A DNA stretch of 64,000 nt. Source: an uncultured Thermoleophilia bacterium (GTDB lineage Bacteria; Actinomycetota; Thermoleophilia; UBA2241). This document shows positions 58,566 through 64,000 of the stretch, piece by piece; the first letter of the stretch is position 1; every line of letters begins with the position of its first letter. The stretch covers positions 20,602 through 84,601 of the forward strand of contig CAVPXA010000023.1 of assembly GCA_963709635.1 (NCBI GenBank), given 5' to 3'. The notes beneath the pieces are model-generated. The model was given only the letters and a program-made list of their open reading frames with translations. It ran no database searches and had not been told where the DNA came from. The position numbers and the translations under genes were made by a program.

Positions 58566-60524
58566 TCAGGCGTCGAGCGTGCCGCGCTTCTCGAACTTCT
58601 TGCGCTGCTCGGTGCTCAGGATGTGCTTGCGCACGCGCACGATCTTGGGCGTCACCTCGACCAGCTCGTCGTCGGCGATCCACTCCAGCGCGCTCTCGAG
58701 GGTGATGGGGCGAGGCACCTTGAGGCCGGCGTCGATGTCCTTGGTGGACGACCGGTAGTTGCCGAGCTGCTTGCGCTTGGTGGGGTTGCAGAGCATGTCG
58801 TCGCTGCGGGAGTTCTCGCCGACGATCATGCCCTCGTACACGGGGGTCATGTTGCCGACGAAGAGCACGGCGCGGTTCTGCAGGTTCTCGAGCGAGTAGC
58901 CGGCGGCCTCGCCGCCGGTCTGGCTGACCAGCGAGCCGCGCTCGCGGCCGGGGAGGTCGCCCTTCCACGGGCCGTAGCCCGTGAAGCGCGAGCTCATCAC
59001 GCCGAGGCCGCGCGTCTCGGTGAGGAAGTCGTTGCGGTAGCCGATCAGGCCGCGCGTCGAGATCGTGAACTCGAGGCGGATGAGGCCGGTGCCGGTGGAT
59101 TCGACGCCGAGCAGCTCGCCCTTGCGCAGGCTGAGCTCCGAGATGATCGCGCCCTGGTACTCCTCGGGCACGTCGATGATGAGCTGCTCCATCGGCTCGA
59201 GCAGCTTGCCCTTGGAGTCGCGGTGCGTGATGACCTCGGGGCGCGAGACGCAGAGCTCGAGGCCCTCGCGCCGCATCTCCTCGATGAGGATCGCGAGGTG
59301 CAGCTCGCCGCGGCCGGAGACCTTCACTCCGTCCGGCCGGCCGAGGTCCTCCACGCGGAGTGCGACGTTGACGCGCAGCTCGCGCTCCAGCCGGTCCTTG
59401 ATCTGCCGCAGGGTGGCGGCGCGGCCGTCCTGGCCGGCGAACGGGCCGTTGTTGACGAGGAAGAACATGCTGACCGTCGGCTCCTCGATCTCGAGCGGCG
59501 GCAGCGCCACGGCGATGGCCGCCAGCTCGGGCGACGCCAGCGTGTCGCCGAGCGTGATGTCGGCGGGGCCGGCGAGCCAGACGATGTCGCCGGCAGAGGC
59601 CTCCTCGACCTCGCGGTTCTCGAGGCCGCGCGTGACCCAGAGGTGCGTCACGCGCGCGGCCTCCGTGCCCGTCATCTCCCAGCCGGCCTCGGGGTCGCCG
59701 ATCTCGAGGTGGCGCGTCGTGATGCGCTGCACCTCGTCGCCGACCTTGAGCCCGCCGGCGAGCACGCGGCCGCAGCCGATGCGGCCGATGTAGTCGCTCC
59801 AGGCGAGCGTGCTCACCTGCATGAGGAACGGCGCGTCCTGGTCGACCTTGGGCGCCGGGACACTCTCGATGATCGTCTCGAAGAGGTCGTTCATGCCGGC
59901 GTCGGCGAGCTCCCGCAGCAGCGCCGGCGAGAGGCCGCCGCCGTCGGCGAGGTGCTCCTCGCGCTCGTGCTCCTCCTTCTTGTACTCGTCGATGTCGCCG
60001 ACGATCCAGCCCTCGAGGCCGGAGCCGTACAGGACGGGGAAGTCGAGCTGCTCGTTGTTCGCGCCGAGCTCGACGAAGAGGTCGAAGGTCTTGTCCAGCG
60101 CGCCCGACGGGTCGGCGTTGGGCCGGTCGGCCTTGTTGACGATGACGATCGGCCGCAGGCCAAAGCTCAGCGCCCGCATGAGGACGTAGCGTGTCTGCGG
60201 CATGGGGCCCTCGTTGGCGTCCACCAGCAGCAGTACGGAGTCGACCATGCTGAGCACTCTCTCGACCTCGCCGCTGAAGTCAGCGTGCCCCGGCGTGTCG
60301 ATGATGTTGATGAGGTAGTCCTTCCACTCCACCGTGCAGTGCTTGGAGCGGATGGTGATCCCGCGCTCGCGCTCGAGGTCGTTGCTGTCCATCACGCGCT
60401 CGTCGACGTGCGCGTTCTCGCGGAACACGTGGGCGGCGCGGAAGATGCTGTCGATCAGCGTGGTCTTGCCGTGATCGATATGGGCGATGATGGCGAGGTT
60501 GCGGATCTTGTCGACGGGGTGCAC
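58566..60524 (-). CDS. typA: translational GTPase TypA/BipA
   Basis: GTG 60524 is preceded by AGGAGA. Motifs: [33 protein letters not shown]. Intact, about 652 aa. The upstream extension of the ORF is not supported. Confidence 0.9.
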   Translation of the reverse strand: MHPVDKIRNLAIIAHIDHGKTTLIDSIFRAAHVFRENAHVDERVMDSNDLERERGITIRSKHCTVEWKDYLINIIDTPGHADFSGEVERVLSMVDSVLLLVDANEGPMPQTRYVLMRALSFGLRPIVIVNKADRPNADPSGALDKTFDLFVELGANNEQLDFPVLYGSGLEGWIVGDIDEYKKEEHEREEHLADGGGLSPALLRELADAGMNDLFETIIESVPAPKVDQDAPFLMQVSTLAWSDYIGRIGCGRVLAGGLKVGDEVQRITTRHLEIGDPEAGWEMTGTEAARVTHLWVTRGLENREVEEASAGDIVWLAGPADITLGDTLASPELAAIAVALPPLEIEEPTVSMFFLVNNGPFAGQDGRAATLRQIKDRLERELRVNVALRVEDLGRPDGVKVSGRGELHLAILIEEMRREGLELCVSRPEVITHRDSKGKLLEPMEQLIIDVPEEYQGAIISELSLRKGELLGVESTGTGLIRLEFTISTRGLIGYRNDFLTETRGLGVMSSRFTGYGPWKGDLPGRERGSLVSQTGGEAAGYSLENLQNRAVLFVGNMTPVYEGMIVGENSRSDDMLCNPTKRKQLGNYRSSTKDIDAGLKVPRPITLESALEWIADDELVEVTPKIVRVRKHILSTEQRKKFEKRGTLDA

Positions 60525-60662
60525 GGGTGTTCTCCTGACGTCCAAAAGCCCGGCTGGGCTGTCGCCGGCCGGGCGGTCGTTCTCTAGTGTACAGCGCGGG
60601 AGTGACTTCGTCGCCCGCGCCCTCGTCCGCGCCGCCCGGGCGGAGGCGCCCGCCCTGCTAGG

Positions 60663-61691
60663 ATGCCTGCCATGACAGGAGATGCCCGCCGCCCCGGGGA
60701 CGACCGTGGAGCCATCGCCCGGCACCCCTGGCTCACCTTCGTCCTGGTCGGGGTGGCGCCGGCTCTGATCCTGTCCGGAAACATCCTCGCCTCGACGGTC
60801 TCCCTCGCGGCGCTGTTCCCCGCGCTCGCGGCGGCCCTCGTCGCGTCCGAGGGAGACGCCGCGGAGCCCGTGCCCGGCGACCGGGCCAGGCGCCTCCTGC
60901 TCGCCGCCGGCGTCTTCCTGGTACTGGCGGAGGTCAGGCTGGCCACGACCGGCCTCGAGGCTCTCGGTTACATGGCGCTGGTCGGCGGCGTCCCCGCGGC
61001 GCTCGCCGCCTGGATCCTCAGCGGCGCATACGCTCCCTCGCCGGGGTTCCGGGCGCTCGTCCGGCCGCTCGTCTCCCTGCGTGCGCCGCGAGCGGCGTAC
61101 CTCGTGGCGGCGCTTTCGTGGCCTGTAGCCGCTGTGGTGGCGGCCGCGGTGTGCAGCCGGCTCCCCGGGGTGTCCGTCTCGCCGCCCCGTGCGTCGTCGG
61201 CCGGCCTGCTCGCCGGGTGGCTGATCTCGGGTGCGGTCGGCTCGGCCCTGGTCGCCGTCGCCTGGTACGGGTTCGCGGCGCGACGGCTGCTGGCCCGCCT
61301 CAGCCCGCTCGCGACCGGCCTCCTCGTCGGAGTCGCACAGTGGCTCCTGGTCTGGGGCGTGACCCTGCGCCCGAGCAGCCTGCTGGACGCCTTCTACCTC
61401 TCGGGACTGGCCGGAGCGGCCGCGACCGGCGTGGCCGGCGTCTGGGTGCTCGCGCGGTCGCGCGGCAGCCTCCTTCCGCTCTGGCTCATGCAGACCGTGC
61501 TGGTCGCCGCGGGAGCGCTGGCGTTCCTCGTCGTGGTACCGGAGCTCGCCGGCCGCGCGAACGCCTTCGCCGTGGCCTTCGCCGCGACCCGGGCGGCGGT
61601 GGCGCTCGCGCTGGTCGTGGCCGGCCGTATGTGGCGGCGGCCGGCCGGCCCGACGGAGCCTTCACCCCAGACGGGGCTATCATTGTCGTGA
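60663..61691 (+). CDS. hypothetical polytopic membrane protein
   Basis: Intact 342-aa ORF with about 9 hydrophobic helices. Its stop overlaps the next start (GTGA 61688-61691). Family not recognised. Confidence 0.55.
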   Translation: MPAMTGDARRPGDDRGAIARHPWLTFVLVGVAPALILSGNILASTVSLAALFPALAAALVASEGDAAEPVPGDRARRLLLAAGVFLVLAEVRLATTGLEALGYMALVGGVPAALAAWILSGAYAPSPGFRALVRPLVSLRAPRAAYLVAALSWPVAAVVAAAVCSRLPGVSVSPPRASSAGLLAGWLISGAVGSALVAVAWYGFAARRLLARLSPLATGLLVGVAQWLLVWGVTLRPSSLLDAFYLSGLAGAAATGVAGVWVLARSRGSLLPLWLMQTVLVAAGALAFLVVVPELAGRANAFAVAFAATRAAVALALVVAGRMWRRPAGPTEPSPQTGLSLS

Positions 61692-62908
61692 CCGAGACCC
61701 GCCGCGCCCCGCGGCGGTGCAGCGAGAAGGGACTGCTGTTGGGCGAGGAGCGGACCATCCGCATCGCGCAGTCGTGCGCACGCGACCCGAGAGAGGCCGT
61801 GGCCGAACTGCACGACGGCCTCACTCAGCCGGACCTCTCGCTCGTGCTGTTCTTCTGCTCCACGGAGTACGACCGCGAAGAGCTGGCGGCCGCGTTGCGG
61901 GAGCGGTTCGCCGGTGTGCAGGTCGCCGGCTGCACGACCGCCGGCGAGATCGGGCCGGCCGGATGCAGGGACTGGAGCCTCACCGGTGTCAGCTTCACAG
62001 GCACGGCCTGCACCCCCGTCGTCGGCGTCCTGGAGGGCCTCATCGACTTCCGCCAGCAGGACGGCGTCGCGCTCGCGCAGGACCTGCGACGCCGTCTGCG
62101 CGCGCTCGCGCCGGGCGACGGCCTCAACACCTTCGCCTTCCTCCTCGTGGACGGGCTCTTCGGCCACGAGGAGCAGCTTGCTCACGCGCTGCAGCAGGGC
62201 CTGGGCGAGGTGCCGCTCGTCGGCGGCTCGGCGGGGGACGCGCTCGGCTTCGAGCGCACGTACGTCTATTGCGACGGCCGGTTCGTCTCGGACGCGGCCG
62301 TCCTCGTCGTGGCCGCCACACCCCTGCCGGTGACCGAGTTCAAGACGCAGCACTTCGTGCCGACCGCCGAGCGGCTGGTGGTCACAGCCGCCGACCCCGA
62401 GCGGCGCATCGTGAGCGAGATCAACGGGCTGCCCGCGGCGGAGGAGTACGCCCGGCTGCTCGGCGTCGAGCCGGGCGACCTGGGGCCGGAGCACTTCGCG
62501 GCCTCGCCGGTCGTCGTGGTCGTCGACGGCAACAACTACGTGCGCTCCATCCAGCGCGTCGACCCCGGCGGCGGCCTCAAGTTCTACTGCGCGATAGACC
62601 GCGGGGTGGTGCTGCGCGTGGCCCGCGGCGAGGACCTGCTGGAGAACCTCGAGGCGGCCTTCTCGCGCGTGCGCGCGCAAATCGGGCCGCCTCAGCTCGT
62701 TCTCACCTGTGACTGCATCCTGCGCAAGCTCGAGATCGAACAGAAGGGGTTGCAGGCGGCGGTCGGCGAGGTGCTCCTGAGGAACAACTCGCTTGGCTTC
62801 AACACCTACGGCGAGCAGTTCTGCGGCGTGCACGTGAACCAGACGCTCACGGCTGTCGCGCTCGGGTTCGGCGACGGCCACCAGGCGGCAGGGACCGGCG
62901 ATGGCTGA
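61688..62908 (+). CDS. FIST N/C domain signalling protein
   Basis: Intact. Motifs: LVLFFCSTEYD...VAGCTTAGEIG (FIST_N) and PLVGGSAGD...NTYGEQF (FIST_C). The start is provisional (GTG 61688). Confidence 0.7.
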   Translation: MTETRRAPRRCSEKGLLLGEERTIRIAQSCARDPREAVAELHDGLTQPDLSLVLFFCSTEYDREELAAALRERFAGVQVAGCTTAGEIGPAGCRDWSLTGVSFTGTACTPVVGVLEGLIDFRQQDGVALAQDLRRRLRALAPGDGLNTFAFLLVDGLFGHEEQLAHALQQGLGEVPLVGGSAGDALGFERTYVYCDGRFVSDAAVLVVAATPLPVTEFKTQHFVPTAERLVVTAADPERRIVSEINGLPAAEEYARLLGVEPGDLGPEHFAASPVVVVVDGNNYVRSIQRVDPGGGLKFYCAIDRGVVLRVARGEDLLENLEAAFSRVRAQIGPPQLVLTCDCILRKLEIEQKGLQAAVGEVLLRNNSLGFNTYGEQFCGVHVNQTLTAVALGFGDGHQAAGTGDG

Positions 62909-64000
62909 CGACGCGCGTCCGGCGCGCGACGCCGAGGTCGAGGCGCTCAGGGCCGAGGTCGCCCGTCTCACCCGGGTGGTCGACGCGCTCATGGACCGGG
63001 TGGAGGCCAGCACCAACGTGCAGGGCTCCGACTTCGGCCTCTTCCAGACGACGATCATGCTGCAGGACCAGGTCCGCCTGCACACGGAGGAGCTCGAGGC
63101 GGCGATAGGCGCCCGGGAGCGCGGCGAGGACGCGGAGCCGGCGGCCGCGGCGCGCGACATGCAGACCCTGCGCCGCACCGCGGCCCTGCAGATCCAGCTG
63201 CTGGAGCTGGTGGTGCAGCAGAAGGACGTCGCCGAGCTCATCGAGCGCGTCGCCGGCATCCTCGACATGCCCATCGTGCTCTTCGACGCCCGCGGCCGCG
63301 TGGTGGCGTGCTCGCGGAGCGCGGACGGCGCGCCCGAGCTCGCCGCGCGCCTGTGGAAGGCCTACGGCGCGGCGCACGGCGCGGCCGGCCACGCCCTGTC
63401 CATCAGCGACGCCGGCGAGCGCGTGCTGTACCGCGACGTGATGATCATGGACCACACCGAGCGCGTGCTCGCGGCCGCGACCACACGGCCGCGCCCCACG
63501 GAGCTGGCCGGCGCGGCCCTGCTCTTCCTGCAGCAGCTGGTGACGCTGGACCTGCTGCGCGGCAAGGACGAGCTGCGCATGCGCCGGCGCCTGCGGCGCG
63601 GCCTCCTGCGCGACATCCTCTCCGGCGACGGTTCGCAGGACAGGCTTCGCATCCGGCTGCAGGAGCAGGGGTTCGACGACGAGAGCGTGCTCCGCATCGC
63701 CGTCGTCGAGCCCGCCGGGAGCGCCTCACGACCCCACATCGCCCGGGGCGCCGGACAACGCGGCAACGACCTGCTGGCGGCGCTGGACACGTTCCTCAGC
63801 CTGCGCCGCCTCCCGTACCTCACGCTGTCCAGAGACGCGTCCGCCGTGGTGCTCGCGGCGCTCCCCGACGCCGAGACGGCGACGGCGCACTCGCTGCTCG
63901 CGGAGCTGCGAGAGGCCGCGCTCGGCGTCTCGCCGCGTGAGGTGGTCGCCGGGTGCTCGTCGCCGCTGCCGGGCATCGCCGGCGCCGCCCGCGGGCTGCA
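62901..64000 (+). CDS. PucR-like transcriptional regulator with N-terminal coiled coil (partial, runs off the window)
   Basis: ATG 62901 overlaps the FIST stop by 8 nt. My own translation gives MADDARPARDAEVEALRAEVARLTRVVDALMDRVEASTNVQGSDFGLFQTTIMLQDQVRLHTEELE...IVLFDARGRVVACSR...LLFLQQLVTLDLLRGKDELRMRRRL... with no stop to nt 64000. The ORF is absent from the supplied track because it is open-ended. Confidence 0.5.
   Translation, partial: MADDARPARDAEVEALRAEVARLTRVVDALMDRVEASTNVQGSDFGLFQTTIMLQDQVRLHTEELEAAIGARERGEDAEPAAAARDMQTLRRTAALQIQLLELVVQQKDVAELIERVAGILDMPIVLFDARGRVVACSRSADGAPELAARLWKAYGAAHGAAGHALSISDAGERVLYRDVMIMDHTERVLAAATTRPRPTELAGAALLFLQQLVTLDLLRGKDELRMRRRLRRGLLRDILSGDGSQDRLRIRLQEQGFDDESVLRIAVVEPAGSASRPHIARGAGQRGNDLLAALDTFLSLRRLPYLTLSRDASAVVLAALPDAETATAHSLLAELREAALGVSPREVVAGCSSPLPGIAGAARGL

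Noticed and set aside
1-64000. Mobile elements, prophage or defence islands
   Set aside because: I recognised no transposase, integrase, recombinase, phage structural gene, restriction-modification system or known defence gene signature. The TA pairs are the only selfish-element-like genes.

Overview
High-GC (roughly 70%) actinobacterium-like chromosomal segment with about 63 protein-coding genes. I found no rRNA, tRNA, CRISPR array, transposase or integrase. Content is mixed housekeeping (rsgA, typA, rpiA, msrA, mntP), envelope and secreted proteins, small-molecule metabolism, three type II toxin-antitoxin pairs and a few signalling genes. The envelope set includes CapA, SGNH-type esterases, acyltransferase_3, a polysaccharide deacetylase, a CPBP protease, a multicopper oxidase and an FG-GAP/IPT protein. 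The metabolism set includes two group II PLP decarboxylases, three aminotransferases, an FGGY kinase, a class II aldolase, an aldehyde dehydrogenase and a B12 radical SAM enzyme. The signalling genes are a receiver/HD-GYP protein, a FIST protein plus PucR-like regulator, a TetR regulator and a histidine-kinase remnant. The most striking property is that about 19 genes are frame-broken, with about 35 frame changes, mostly 1-nt gains or losses in short G/C runs. These breaks cluster strongly in particular genes in the first 34 kb, while interleaved genes are intact. Other points worth follow-up: a class II aldolase with no stop codon in any frame before the downstream class III aminotransferase (a probable fusion); twin GTATCT/AGATAC palindromes upstream of that operon; a tandem pair of SGNH-like secreted paralogs next to an acyltransferase_3; an overlapping membrane-protein/FIST/PucR-like operon; and a coupled SDH-protease/SagB-type pair. 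I did not find a clear multi-gene system that I could confidently call novel. All family calls come from motif recognition by eye, not from database searches.
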